The position numbers and the translations under genes are program-made. From Actinomycetota bacterium (GTDB lineage: Bacteria; Actinomycetota; Thermoleophilia; Solirubrobacterales; 70-9): a stretch of 64,000 nt of DNA. Positions 29,470-38,531 of this stretch are shown here, piece after piece. The notes beneath the pieces were generated by a model, which saw nothing but the letters and a program-made list of their open reading frames with translations, had not been told where the DNA came from and ran no database searches. Location: contig VAYN01000005.1 of the NCBI GenBank assembly GCA_005885405.1, forward strand, positions 9,819 through 73,818. Reading direction: 5' to 3'. The first letter of the stretch is position 1. Each line of letters begins with the position of its first letter.

Positions 29470-31037
29470 TGGCCGCGGCGCGCCGGGCGCCGCTCGGCCT
29501 CCTCGCCGCCGGGGCGCTGATCGGCGCCGCCGCGGTCCTCCCCGCCGCCTACCTCGTCGTCGTCATCGCCGGCGACCTCTCGGCGGCGCTGGAAACCGCG
29601 CTTTCCTCGCGGGCGCTGGAAACCCTGTTGCGGACCGCGGCGCTGACCGCCGCGGTCGTCGTCTCCTCGGTTGCGATCGCGCTGCCGATCGGCTGGCTGA
29701 CGGTCCGAACCGACCTCCCAGCTCGCCGCCTCTGGGCCGTTCTCTGCACGCTGCCGCTGGTGATCCCGAGCTACGTCGGCGCCTACCTGCTGGTTGCGGC
29801 GCTGGGGCCGAACGGGATGCTGCAGGAAGCGCTCGGGGTCGACCGCCTGCCCTCGATCTACGGCTTCACCGGCGCCTGGCTGGTGCTGACGCTCTTCACC
29901 TACCCGCTGGTCCTGATCCCGCTGCGGGCGACGCTGCGCCGGATCGACCCGCAGCTGGAGGACGCGGCGCGGGCGATGGGGCGCGGCCCGCTCGAGGTCT
30001 TCCGCACGGTGATCCTGCCGCAGCTCTGGCCGGTCCTCGCCGCCGGCTCGCTGCTCGTCGCCCTGTTCACGATCAGCGACTTCGGCGCCGTCTCGATCCT
30101 CCGCTTCCAGTCCTTCACCGCCGAGATCTACGTCGCCTACCAGTCGAGCTTCGACCGCGTTGCCGCCGCCGCGCTCGGCGCCGTCCTCGTCGTCTCGATG
30201 CTGGTGCTGCTGCTGGCGAGCTCGCGGGTGCGTGGGGCGCGGCGAGTCCACCGCCTCGGCCCGGGGACGCTGCGCCCGACCCAGCCCTACAAGCTCGGCC
30301 GCTGGCGCTGGCCGGCGCTCGCCTTCTGCTCGCTGATCGTGCTCGTCGCCTTCATCCTTCCCGTCGGCGTCCTCATCTACTGGGCCTCGAAAGGGATCTC
30401 GACCGGCAGCACCTCGCTGAACACGATCGCCGCGCTAGGCGGCAACTCGCTGCTGATCGCCGTCTGGGCGGCGGCGGTGGGAGCGATCGCGGCGCTGATC
30501 GTCGCGGCGCTGGCGGTGCGGTACCCGTCGCGGGTGACCAGGGTGATCGAGCGCCTCGCCCACGCCGGCTACGCGCTGCCCGGGATTCTGGTCGCCCTCG
30601 GCCTCGTCTTCTTCGCCACCCGGGCGGTGCCGGCGCTCTACCAGACGATCGCCCTGCTGGTCTTCGCGATGACGATCCACTACCTACCGCTGGCGGTCGG
30701 CCCGATCGCCAGCTCCCTGGTCCAGCTCTCGCCGCGAATCGAAGAGGCGGCGCGCGGGATGGGCCGCGGCCCGGCCGAGGTCTTCCGCACGATCACGATC
30801 CCGCTCGCTCGCGGCGGCATGATGGCCGGGGCCGCGCTCGTCTTCCTGCACGCGATGAAGGAGCTGACGGTGACGCTGATCCTCTCGCCGATCGGCTTCA
30901 AAACGCTCGCGACCGACATCTGGACCCAGACCACCTACGGCTTCTACGAGGCGAGCGCAATCCCGGCCCTGGTCCTACTGGCGGTCGCGGCGATTCCCGT
31001 CTACCTGCTGAGCGAGCAGGGCGCGGCGCCTTCCTGA
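29469..31037 (+). CDS. iron(III) ABC transporter permease (duplicated, FbpB-like)
   Basis: 522 aa with two BPD-transporter halves, each carrying an EAA loop (LEDAARAMGRGPLEVFRTVILP and IEEAARGMGRGPAEVFRTITIP). Confidence 0.85.
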   Translation: MAAARRAPLGLLAAGALIGAAAVLPAAYLVVVIAGDLSAALETALSSRALETLLRTAALTAAVVVSSVAIALPIGWLTVRTDLPARRLWAVLCTLPLVIPSYVGAYLLVAALGPNGMLQEALGVDRLPSIYGFTGAWLVLTLFTYPLVLIPLRATLRRIDPQLEDAARAMGRGPLEVFRTVILPQLWPVLAAGSLLVALFTISDFGAVSILRFQSFTAEIYVAYQSSFDRVAAAALGAVLVVSMLVLLLASSRVRGARRVHRLGPGTLRPTQPYKLGRWRWPALAFCSLIVLVAFILPVGVLIYWASKGISTGSTSLNTIAALGGNSLLIAVWAAAVGAIAALIVAALAVRYPSRVTRVIERLAHAGYALPGILVALGLVFFATRAVPALYQTIALLVFAMTIHYLPLAVGPIASSLVQLSPRIEEAARGMGRGPAEVFRTITIPLARGGMMAGAALVFLHAMKELTVTLILSPIGFKTLATDIWTQTTYGFYEASAIPALVLLAVAAIPVYLLSEQGAAPS

Positions 31038-31041
31038 GCCG

Positions 31042-32412
31042 GTGAGCCTGAGACCCCGCCCGGCGCTGGCGGTCGCGGCGGCGCTGGTTCTGGCCGCCGC
31101 TTCCCTCACCCTCCCCTACCACCCGGTCTACGACCCCTGGGCCTGGCTCGTCTGGGGCCGGGAGCTGTTTCACGGCGCCTTCGAGACCGCGGCGGGGCCG
31201 TCTTGGAAGCCGCTGCCGGTCCTCGTCGACGCGCCGCTCTCGCTGCTCGGCGACGCGGCCCCGCAGGCGTGGCTGCTGGTCGCCCGCACCGGCTGGTTCA
31301 GCGCCGCCTTCCTGGCCGGCATGCTGGCCTGGCGCTTGAGCGGCAGGGAGACGGGCCGCTGGCGCTGGGTCGCGGCGGCGATCGCGGCGGCCTCGGTGGC
31401 GCTGACCGCCGACTCCTTCACGCCGCCGCTGCGCCAGTTCACCGGCGGCCTCTCCGAGCCGCTGCTGGTGGCGCTGGTCCTGGGAGCGATCTGGGCCGCG
31501 CTCGACGAGCGCCGCGGTTGGGTACTGGGGCTGGGAACGGCGGCGGCATTGCTGCGCCCGGAAGTCTGGCCCTTCCTCGCCCTTTGGGCCTACTTCGCGA
31601 GCCGCGGCCGGCCCCAACTGCGAGCCGCCGCGATCGCCTGCGCGATCCTCATCCCCTTCGCCTGGTTCGTCCCCGACATTGTCGGCGCCGGGACGCCGTT
31701 AGAGGGCGGCGAGACGGCGCGCGCCGGCGGCATCGAGCCCCTCGATGGCCTTGACGTCTTGGGACGAGCCTTAGCCGCCCCCCTCCTGGCCTGCTGGATC
31801 GGCCTCGGCGTCTTGCTCTGGCGAGAACGAAGCGACCTGGAGCAAACAATGAAGATCCTCCTGTCGGGCGCCGCCGCCTGGATCCTCCTCGTCGCCGTAA
31901 TGGCGATCGTCGGCTTCGCCGGCCTCCCCCGCTTCCTCGCCCCCGCCACCGCGATCGTCGCCGTCCTTGGCAGCGTCGGTGTCGCCCGCGCCGCCGCAGG
32001 GTGTGGTCGAGCTTCGTGGCGCTATCCGCCACAAAGCTCAATTACACCCCTTCGGGGACTGGTTGCGGCCACGCTCCTCCTCGCCGCCTTCGGCGTCGGC
32101 TGGCGCGTCGCCCAGATCCCCGATGACGTCCGCGTCGTCGAGCGCCAGACCAGCTCGATTGACCATCTCTTCGACCTCGTCGAGAAGACCGGCGACACGC
32201 GGCTGCTCTCTTGCCAGGGTTACGTGCGGATGACGCGGGTGCGCGAGCAGACCGCGCTGGCCTGGAAGCTCGATGAGCCGATCTCCTCCGTAGCAATCCG
32301 GCGACTTCCTGAATTCGGCGTCGCTCTCTCGACCAAACCGCTGCCGGGCGGGGACGTGATCGCGCACGCCGGCGGCTGGCGCGCGACCCGCTTCCCCTGC
32401 CCTACTCGCTGA
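31042..32412 (+). CDS. polytopic membrane protein, GT-C-glycosyltransferase-like (family not verified)
   Basis: 456 aa with about 10 TM segments plus a soluble C-terminal domain, sited in a glycosyltransferase neighbourhood. It contains the family-A palindrome in-frame. Confidence 0.55.
   Translation: MSLRPRPALAVAAALVLAAASLTLPYHPVYDPWAWLVWGRELFHGAFETAAGPSWKPLPVLVDAPLSLLGDAAPQAWLLVARTGWFSAAFLAGMLAWRLSGRETGRWRWVAAAIAAASVALTADSFTPPLRQFTGGLSEPLLVALVLGAIWAALDERRGWVLGLGTAAALLRPEVWPFLALWAYFASRGRPQLRAAAIACAILIPFAWFVPDIVGAGTPLEGGETARAGGIEPLDGLDVLGRALAAPLLACWIGLGVLLWRERSDLEQTMKILLSGAAAWILLVAVMAIVGFAGLPRFLAPATAIVAVLGSVGVARAAAGCGRASWRYPPQSSITPLRGLVAATLLLAAFGVGWRVAQIPDDVRVVERQTSSIDHLFDLVEKTGDTRLLSCQGYVRMTRVREQTALAWKLDEPISSVAIRRLPEFGVALSTKPLPGGDVIAHAGGWRATRFPCPTR
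32001..32049. repeat. family-A palindromic element, copy A1 (in-frame in 31042..32412)
   Basis: gtgtggtcgagcttcgtggcgctatccgccacaaagctcaattacaccc. It is 45/49 identical to 60316..60364 on the same strand. Terminal inverted arms are about 14 bp. Confidence 0.85.
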
Positions 32413-33889
32413 CCTCGGCCAGCGGCCGCGCCATGGCCGGAGTCTCCGGAGCCGCCCGGTAGGGCTGCTCGGCCGCGTCCTCCCGCTCGTGGTAGACGCT
32501 GTCCGCGTTCACGGTCCAGACATCGTGCTCGGCCCCATCGCAGAGGTTCTCGACCGCCCGCATCGCCGTCAGCATCGAGTGATCGGAGTTGTTGTACCTG
32601 TGGAGGCCGTTGCGCCCGATCTGCTGCAGGTTCGAGAAACCGTCGAGCCAGCCGCGGATCCGCCCGACCCGCCCCGCGTACTCGGCGTCGTAGACGGGGT
32701 ACGCCTTGGGAACGCGGACGACGTGGCCGCCCGCCACCCGGCCCGGTTCGACCAGCCCCAGCGCCGCCACCTCCTCGCGACCCAGCGCCACCAGCTCCTC
32801 GTCGCTCGCCGACCAGAGCTCGTCGCCTTCGAAGCAGAAGTACTCGAGACCGAGACAGGAGCGCCCCGGGTCCGGGGTCATCCAAGGGCTCCAGGCGCGG
32901 AAATTCTGGATCCTGCCGACGCGTGCCCGCGGATCGTGAACATAGACCCAGTTGTCGGGGAAGGGCGGCTCGCCATCGATCGGTAGCGCCACGGTGAGGA
33001 AGTCGCGGTAGCGAAGGCCGGTGGCGGCTTCGGTGACCGCCGGCGGCGGAGCCGGCTCGGCGACGCCGACCGTCGTCCGCAGCGGGATCGAGGAGATCGC
33101 GGCGCTGACTTCCACCCGCTCGCCGCCGGCGCGAACAGCGGTCAAGAGCCCGTCCTCGTGCTCGAGCCCTTCGACCGCGGCGCCGAGCCGAATCTCGCCA
33201 CCGTCCCGCTCGATCCGTCCCGCCATCTCCTCCCACATCTGCCCTGGCCCCAACCGCGGGTAGCGGAACTCCTCGATCAGGCTCTTCGGCGGCTCGCCAC
33301 CACCCGGCAGAGCCGCCCGCAGCGCCGAGCCGACCGAGAGGTCCGAGATCCGCTGCGCCGCCCACTCGGCGCGAAGCTCGTCGGTGCCCACCCCCCAGAC
33401 CTTTTCGGTGTAGGTCTTGAAAAAGAGCTCGAAGAGGCGATGGCCGAAACGGGCGGTGACCCAGTCCTCGTAGCTCTCCTCGACCCCCCGCCGCCGCAGC
33501 CGGGCGCGGGCGTAGGAGCCGAGGCTGCGGAGCAGCTCCAGCGGCCCAACCTTGGCGAAGACGTCGGCCGGCCGCAGCGGGTACTCGATGAAACGACCGC
33601 GCCAGAAGATCCGGGAGAGGCGGGGTCGCACCAGCATCTCCGAGCCCAGCAGCTCCGTCCAGAGCTCTTCCACCTCGGCGCTCTTGGTGAAGAAGCGGTG
33701 GCCACCGAGGTCGAAGCGGTAGCCGTCGCGGACCACGGTGCGGGCGAGGCCGCCGACCTGCGCGTCGGCCTCGAAGACGATTACCGGGATGTTCCGCTGG
33801 GTCAGACGGTAAGCAGCGGTGAGGCCGGCGGGACCGGCTCCGAGCACGGCGACCGGCGCGGAATCCGGTCTGGTGGCGGCAGCCGACAT
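32402..33889 (-). CDS. FAD-dependent oxidoreductase (amine-oxidase / UDP-galactopyranose-mutase-like fold)
   Basis: VAVLGAGPAGLTAAYRL...VIVFEADAQVGGLART...FDLGGHRFF. It is divergent from a GT2 gene. Confidence 0.75.
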   Translation of the reverse strand: MSAAATRPDSAPVAVLGAGPAGLTAAYRLTQRNIPVIVFEADAQVGGLARTVVRDGYRFDLGGHRFFTKSAEVEELWTELLGSEMLVRPRLSRIFWRGRFIEYPLRPADVFAKVGPLELLRSLGSYARARLRRRGVEESYEDWVTARFGHRLFELFFKTYTEKVWGVGTDELRAEWAAQRISDLSVGSALRAALPGGGEPPKSLIEEFRYPRLGPGQMWEEMAGRIERDGGEIRLGAAVEGLEHEDGLLTAVRAGGERVEVSAAISSIPLRTTVGVAEPAPPPAVTEAATGLRYRDFLTVALPIDGEPPFPDNWVYVHDPRARVGRIQNFRAWSPWMTPDPGRSCLGLEYFCFEGDELWSASDEELVALGREEVAALGLVEPGRVAGGHVVRVPKAYPVYDAEYAGRVGRIRGWLDGFSNLQQIGRNGLHRYNNSDHSMLTAMRAVENLCDGAEHDVWTVNADSVYHEREDAAEQPYRAAPETPAMARPLAEVSE

Positions 33890-33919
33890 CGAGAGAGGAG
33901 ATGCTATTAGGTATCCCTA

Positions 33920-34867
33920 ATGCCAGCCTCCACCCCGGGCTCAGAGGGCACCCCCGCGCGCCCGCTCATCCTTGCCGCGATCGTACCGGCGACCGACGAT
34001 CCTCCGACTCTGGCGCGGGCCCGGACGGCGCTTGAAACTGGGTCCCGCAGGCCCGACCAGCTGATCGTTCAGCGCGAGGGCACCGGCCCCGCTGCCGCCC
34101 GCAACCGCGCTGCGGCCGGGAGCGAGGCCGACGTGCTCGTCTTCGTTGACTCCGACGTTGAGGTCCATGGCGACGCCCTGGAGCTGATTGAGCGGCGCTT
34201 CAATGCGGATCCAGGGCTAGTGGCGCTCTTCGGCGCCTACGACGATTCCCCGGCGGACCCCGGCTTGCCCTCCCAGTACCGCAACCTCCTCCATCACCAC
34301 GTCCACACCGGCGCCCCCGGCGATGCGGAGACCTTCTGGGCGGGCCTCGGGGCGATCCGGCGGGAGCGCTTCGAAGAAGCCGGCGGTTTCGACGCCGACC
34401 GCTACCCGCAGCCGAGCATCGAGGACATCGAGCTGGGGATGCGGCTGCGCCGCCGCGGCGCCCGGATCGCCCTCGATCCCCGGATCCGCGGTCGCCACCT
34501 CAAGCGCTGGACCCCGCTCAGCATCGCCCGCACCGATTTCGCCCGCCGCGGCGTTCCGTGGACGCGGCTGCTCCTACAGGAGGGCAGCGGCAGCACTGCC
34601 CTCAACCTCGGCTGGCGGCGACGCGCCAGCGCCGCCGCCAGCGCTGCACTGCTGGCCTCGCTCGTCGCGCGGCGACCACGGCTCGCGGCGGGGGCGCTGG
34701 CGGCGAACCTCGTTCTCGACCGCCACCTCTACGCGCTGCTGCTCCGCCGCGGCGGGCCGAAGCTCCTTCTCGCCGGTGTTTCCCTCCACCAGCTCCACCA
34801 GCTCTGCGCCACGGCCTCGGTTCCGGCTGCCGTCGTCCTCCATGCGATCGACGGGCGGCGCGGCTGA
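33920..34867 (+). CDS. family-2 glycosyltransferase with hydrophobic C-terminal region
   Basis: GT-A pattern (AAIVPATDD...AARNRAAAGSEADVLVFVDSDVEV) and a DxD-like motif. Confidence 0.75.
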   Translation: MPASTPGSEGTPARPLILAAIVPATDDPPTLARARTALETGSRRPDQLIVQREGTGPAAARNRAAAGSEADVLVFVDSDVEVHGDALELIERRFNADPGLVALFGAYDDSPADPGLPSQYRNLLHHHVHTGAPGDAETFWAGLGAIRRERFEEAGGFDADRYPQPSIEDIELGMRLRRRGARIALDPRIRGRHLKRWTPLSIARTDFARRGVPWTRLLLQEGSGSTALNLGWRRRASAAASAALLASLVARRPRLAAGALAANLVLDRHLYALLLRRGGPKLLLAGVSLHQLHQLCATASVPAAVVLHAIDGRRG

Positions 34868-35826
34868 TGAGGATCGGGATTGCCGGCTGCGGCCGGATCG
34901 CCGAACGCGGCTACGTGCCGGCGGCGCTGGCGGCGGAGGGGGTGACGATCGCCGGCTTCGCCGACCCCGACGGCGAGCGGCTCGATCGCTGTCGGCGGCT
35001 TTGGGCGGAGGAGGGTGACGAGGCTCCAGGCTTTGCCGACGTCGCCTCGCTGCTCGCGTCGGTCGCGGTCGACCTGCTCGTCGTCTCGGCACCCGCCGAC
35101 CATCACGAAGCACTGGCGGCAGAGGCGGCCGCGGCTGGAGTCAGGTCCTTTGTCGAGAAGCCGCCCGCTCCCGACCTCGAGGGCGCGCGCCGCCTGGCAG
35201 ACCTCGACCCGCAACCCCTCATCGCCTTCAACCGCCGTTTCCTCCAGGGCGCCGAGCTGCGCGACTCGATCCCCGCCGAAGGATGGCTGGAGCTCGACCT
35301 GGAGTTGCGCTTCCGCCGCGACAGCTGGGGCGCCCACGAGGCGCACGACGAGGCACTCCTCGATGCCGGCATCCATCTGATTGACCTCGCCTGCTTCCTC
35401 ACCGATTCGGCCCCGATCGCCGTCCGCGGCGCAGAGGTGAAACACGAGCGGGCGGACCTGGAGGTGGAGCTCGCCCGGGGCCGCGCCCGGATCAGCTGCG
35501 CGACGGATCGATCGCACCGCGAGGCGATCAGGGTCACCGACCGCTCTGGAAGGACACTGGCCCGGTCGCATTGGGGCGGCATCGGCGGCCGCCTCGCGGG
35601 TCTGATCGGGAGGCCCGACCCACTGGTCGTTTCCCTGCAACGTCAGCTAGAGGCGGTGGGGGTGTCCCTGATGGACCCTCCCCATTTTGTCCAGCAGGGA
35701 TACCCCCATCGCCTCGCCACAGCAGCCGATGGCGTCGCCGCGTTGGCTGTTGTCGAGGCAGCACGTCGTTCCGCTGAACTGAACGGCGCCGAGGTCACCG
35801 TCGAGCAGGCCGAGGCCACCGCGTGA
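34867..35826 (+). CDS. Gfo/Idh/MocA-family NAD(P)-dependent oxidoreductase
   Basis: MRIGIAGCGRIAERGYVPAL... Rossmann N-terminus. The ATG overlaps the upstream stop (ATGA). Confidence 0.8.
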   Translation: MRIGIAGCGRIAERGYVPAALAAEGVTIAGFADPDGERLDRCRRLWAEEGDEAPGFADVASLLASVAVDLLVVSAPADHHEALAAEAAAAGVRSFVEKPPAPDLEGARRLADLDPQPLIAFNRRFLQGAELRDSIPAEGWLELDLELRFRRDSWGAHEAHDEALLDAGIHLIDLACFLTDSAPIAVRGAEVKHERADLEVELARGRARISCATDRSHREAIRVTDRSGRTLARSHWGGIGGRLAGLIGRPDPLVVSLQRQLEAVGVSLMDPPHFVQQGYPHRLATAADGVAALAVVEAARRSAELNGAEVTVEQAEATA

Positions 35827-37322
35827 TCGCCGTCATCCAGTTCGACGCCGCCAGTGCCCGCCTGCTGGAACGGCTCGGGGACGAAGGCCGCCTGCCAAAC
35901 CTGGAGGCGCTGCAGGCGCGGGGAACCCGCATCGCTCTGGAGACCCCTGCCGAACACTTCCCCGCCAGCGCCTATCAGGACCTCTACCGCGGAGTCGAGG
36001 TCGGCGACCACGGGCTCTTCTACCCCTTCCAGTGGGCCGGCGACGACCAGCGGGTGCGGCTGGCAGGCACCTTCGAGGCGCCGCCACCGATCTGGGACCG
36101 CCTCGGCCGCGCCGGCCGCAGCACCCTCGCAATCGACCCTTACGAGTGCCACCGACCAGGGGAGGCACGGGGGGAGCTCTTCGACGGCTGGGGGATGCGG
36201 GAGCGGGTGGTGCTCGAGCGCTGGTCGGTGCCGGACGGAGCTGACCGCGGGCCGCGCCGTCGCCACGGCCGTCCGCCCGATGTCACCGAGGTCTTCGGCG
36301 CGCAAACGCCAAAGGAGCTGCGCCAACTGCGCGAGCGCTTCCTGGCGGCGCCCAAGCGCGTCGCCGACCTCGCGATCGAGCGCCTGCGCGAGCGCGATTT
36401 CGACCTCGCCTGGATCGTCTTCGCCGCCCCCCACCTCGCCGGCCACCGCCTCTGGGGAGATGACGCCCTCACCGAGATCTACGAGGAGGTCGACGCCCAG
36501 CTCGGCCGCGTCCTCGAGGCGCTGGCGGACGACTGCGACGTGATCGCCTGCTCAGTCTTGGGCATGGATGAGAACACCAGCCGAGCCGACCTCCTGCCGG
36601 AGATGCTCTCAGCCGTCCTAGCCGGCCCCAGGCAAAGTCGTGGTTCCTTAGTCCGGAATAACAGGACAAAGGAACCACGGAACTCGGAGGACTCCGACTC
36701 TGGGGCGATATGGCGGCTTCGCGGGGCGCTCTCGGGGCGGATGCGGGCCCGGATTGCCGCCGCGATGCCGGACCGGATGGCGCTGGAGCTGACGGCGCGG
36801 CTGGAGCTTCGCGGCATCGACTGGAGCTCGACCCGCGCCTTCGCCCACCCGGCCGACAACCAGGGCTACATCCGCTTCAACCGCACCGGGCGCGAGCGCG
36901 ACGGGATCGTTGGCAGCGGCGAGGCGGAGGAGCTGGCGGCGCAGATCCGCGAGGGCCTACTCGACTTCCGCGACCCCGACGGACAGCCGGCGGTGACTGC
37001 GGTCGACGCCGTCAGCGAGCGTTGGCATGGAGCCGCGGCCGACCGCCTCCCCGACCTCGTCGTCCGCTGGCGCCCCACCTCCTCGGTCGCCCTCGACGCG
37101 GTCCACTCCCCCAGCTTCGGCACCGTGCGCCGCCACGGCGCCGGCAGCGGCCGCACCGGCAACCACACCGACGGCGACGCCTGGGCGATCCTCGCCCCCC
37201 GCAGCGCCCGCGTCCGCGACCTGGGGCGCCAGGCAAAGGTCACCGACATCACCGCCACGGTCGCTGCCGCGAGCGACGTACCGCTCGAAGGTCTCAGCGG
37301 CGAGCCGCTCCTGCAGCGGTAG
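35823..37322 (+). CDS. alkaline-phosphatase-superfamily protein (nucleotide pyrophosphatase/phosphodiesterase-like, divergent)
   Basis: The N-terminus (IQFDAAS...LPNLEAL...FPASAYQDLYRGVEVGDHG) and C-terminus (GNHTDGDAWAI) resemble PF01663-type enzymes. The central SDHG-like motif is degenerate. It contains the family-B palindrome in-frame. Confidence 0.6.
   Translation: MIAVIQFDAASARLLERLGDEGRLPNLEALQARGTRIALETPAEHFPASAYQDLYRGVEVGDHGLFYPFQWAGDDQRVRLAGTFEAPPPIWDRLGRAGRSTLAIDPYECHRPGEARGELFDGWGMRERVVLERWSVPDGADRGPRRRHGRPPDVTEVFGAQTPKELRQLRERFLAAPKRVADLAIERLRERDFDLAWIVFAAPHLAGHRLWGDDALTEIYEEVDAQLGRVLEALADDCDVIACSVLGMDENTSRADLLPEMLSAVLAGPRQSRGSLVRNNRTKEPRNSEDSDSGAIWRLRGALSGRMRARIAAAMPDRMALELTARLELRGIDWSSTRAFAHPADNQGYIRFNRTGRERDGIVGSGEAEELAAQIREGLLDFRDPDGQPAVTAVDAVSERWHGAAADRLPDLVVRWRPTSSVALDAVHSPSFGTVRRHGAGSGRTGNHTDGDAWAILAPRSARVRDLGRQAKVTDITATVAAASDVPLEGLSGEPLLQR
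36637..36683. repeat. family-B palindromic element, copy B1 (in-frame in 35823..37322)
   Basis: gtcgtggttccttagtccggaataacaggacaaaggaaccacggaac. Over 45 nt it is 41/45 identical to the reverse complement of 60543..60591. It forms a local low-GC pocket. Confidence 0.85.
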
Positions 37323-38049
37323 CGATCTGGGCGGCGGAGAGGAGGAGGCCGGGGACGAGGCCGGCGCGGAAGCCGGCGCGAATCAGGCCGAGGTAGAAGG
37401 TGATGGAGCCGGGGCGGCGGCCCGCTGCGGCCCTCCGGTACCGAGCGGCTCCTTGCCCGTAACGGAACTGCTGGCAAAGGAAAGTCCTGATCCTCATCCC
37501 GGTCTGGTGCTCCACGATGGCTTCAGGGACGAACAGGGGCGCATCGCCCCCCCTTGCCGCCCGCTCGCCCCAATCCCGATCCTCGCCCGCCGCCGCCGGG
37601 AACGCCTCATCGAAGGGCAGCCGTTTGAGCAACGACCGCCTGGCCGCCAAGTTGGCGGTGACGGCGAATCCCGGCGACGCACTCCCGGGCGCCGCCGCCC
37701 TCACCTGCAGGTAGTTGACGATCGCCCCCCACGCCTTGTCCGCAGCGGTGGCTCCATTCCCCATCCGCACCAGCCCGGTCGTCACCTCCGCCTCCCCGGC
37801 CAGCACCGGACCCGTCAGCGCCTCGGCCCACCCCGCCTCGGGCTCGCAGTCGTCGTCGGTGAAGCAGACCACTTCCCCCGTCGCCCGTCGCACGCCCTCG
37901 TTTCTTGCCCAGGCCGGGCCGCGCCCCTCAACGTCCTCGACGATGACGACCTCGACTGGGATGGACTGCCGCTCCAATGCCGCCCGGCACCGCACCAACG
38001 CCCCCGGTCGCTCCCGCGTCGGCACCACCACCGAGACGCGCTCCATCAC
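37294..38049 (-). CDS. family-2 glycosyltransferase
   Basis: VSVVVPTRERPGAL...ARNEGVRRATGEVVCFTDDDCEP (GT-A, DDD motif). Confidence 0.8.
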   Translation of the reverse strand: MMERVSVVVPTRERPGALVRCRAALERQSIPVEVVIVEDVEGRGPAWARNEGVRRATGEVVCFTDDDCEPEAGWAEALTGPVLAGEAEVTTGLVRMGNGATAADKAWGAIVNYLQVRAAAPGSASPGFAVTANLAARRSLLKRLPFDEAFPAAAGEDRDWGERAARGGDAPLFVPEAIVEHQTGMRIRTFLCQQFRYGQGAARYRRAAAGRRPGSITFYLGLIRAGFRAGLVPGLLLSAAQIATAAGAARR

Positions 38050-38531
38050 CCCTCCGCGGCGAACACAGCCTGGCGCGGCTCCGATTCATTGCCTTCGGCG
38101 ATCGCCGCTCTCACCGCCGCCACCGCTTCACGCCCCGAGATCCCGCCGAGCTGGGCGATTCCGGCCGCGTCGACGATCGGCCGCGACTGGCGCCGAGCCT
38201 CGGGGTCCGGCTCGCCCACGTAGGCCACCGCGGTCGAATCCTCCGTCGCGCGTCGCGCGTTCGCCCCCACCTGCGCCAGTGTCCAGCCTCCATCGGGACC
38301 CGACGCGTCGAGACACACCACCCGCAGCCGCAGCTCCTCGCCTCCACGCCCCTGCCTCGCCTGCTCGCGCGCTTCGTCGCAGAGGCGCCGCCCCGCCTCC
38401 GCCCCTGCCCCCCGCAACGGCGCGCTGACGTAAACCGTGACCGTAGCCCCGCCCGCGGCGCCCTCTTCGCCGCAGCCGCTCGCAAGGGCGATCAGCAGGA
38501 GGAGGACCGGGACGACTAGGAGGCGCGACAT
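38046..38531 (-). CDS. putative lipoprotein (weak resemblance to the N-terminal lobe of type-I periplasmic binding proteins)
   Basis: Signal peptide plus lipobox (LLLLIALASGCGEE). An alternative start is 38564. The stop overlaps the GTG of the downstream GT2 gene. Confidence 0.5.
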   Translation of the reverse strand: MSRLLVVPVLLLLIALASGCGEEGAAGGATVTVYVSAPLRGAGAEAGRRLCDEAREQARQGRGGEELRLRVVCLDASGPDGGWTLAQVGANARRATEDSTAVAYVGEPDPEARRQSRPIVDAAGIAQLGGISGREAVAAVRAAIAEGNESEPRQAVFAAEG

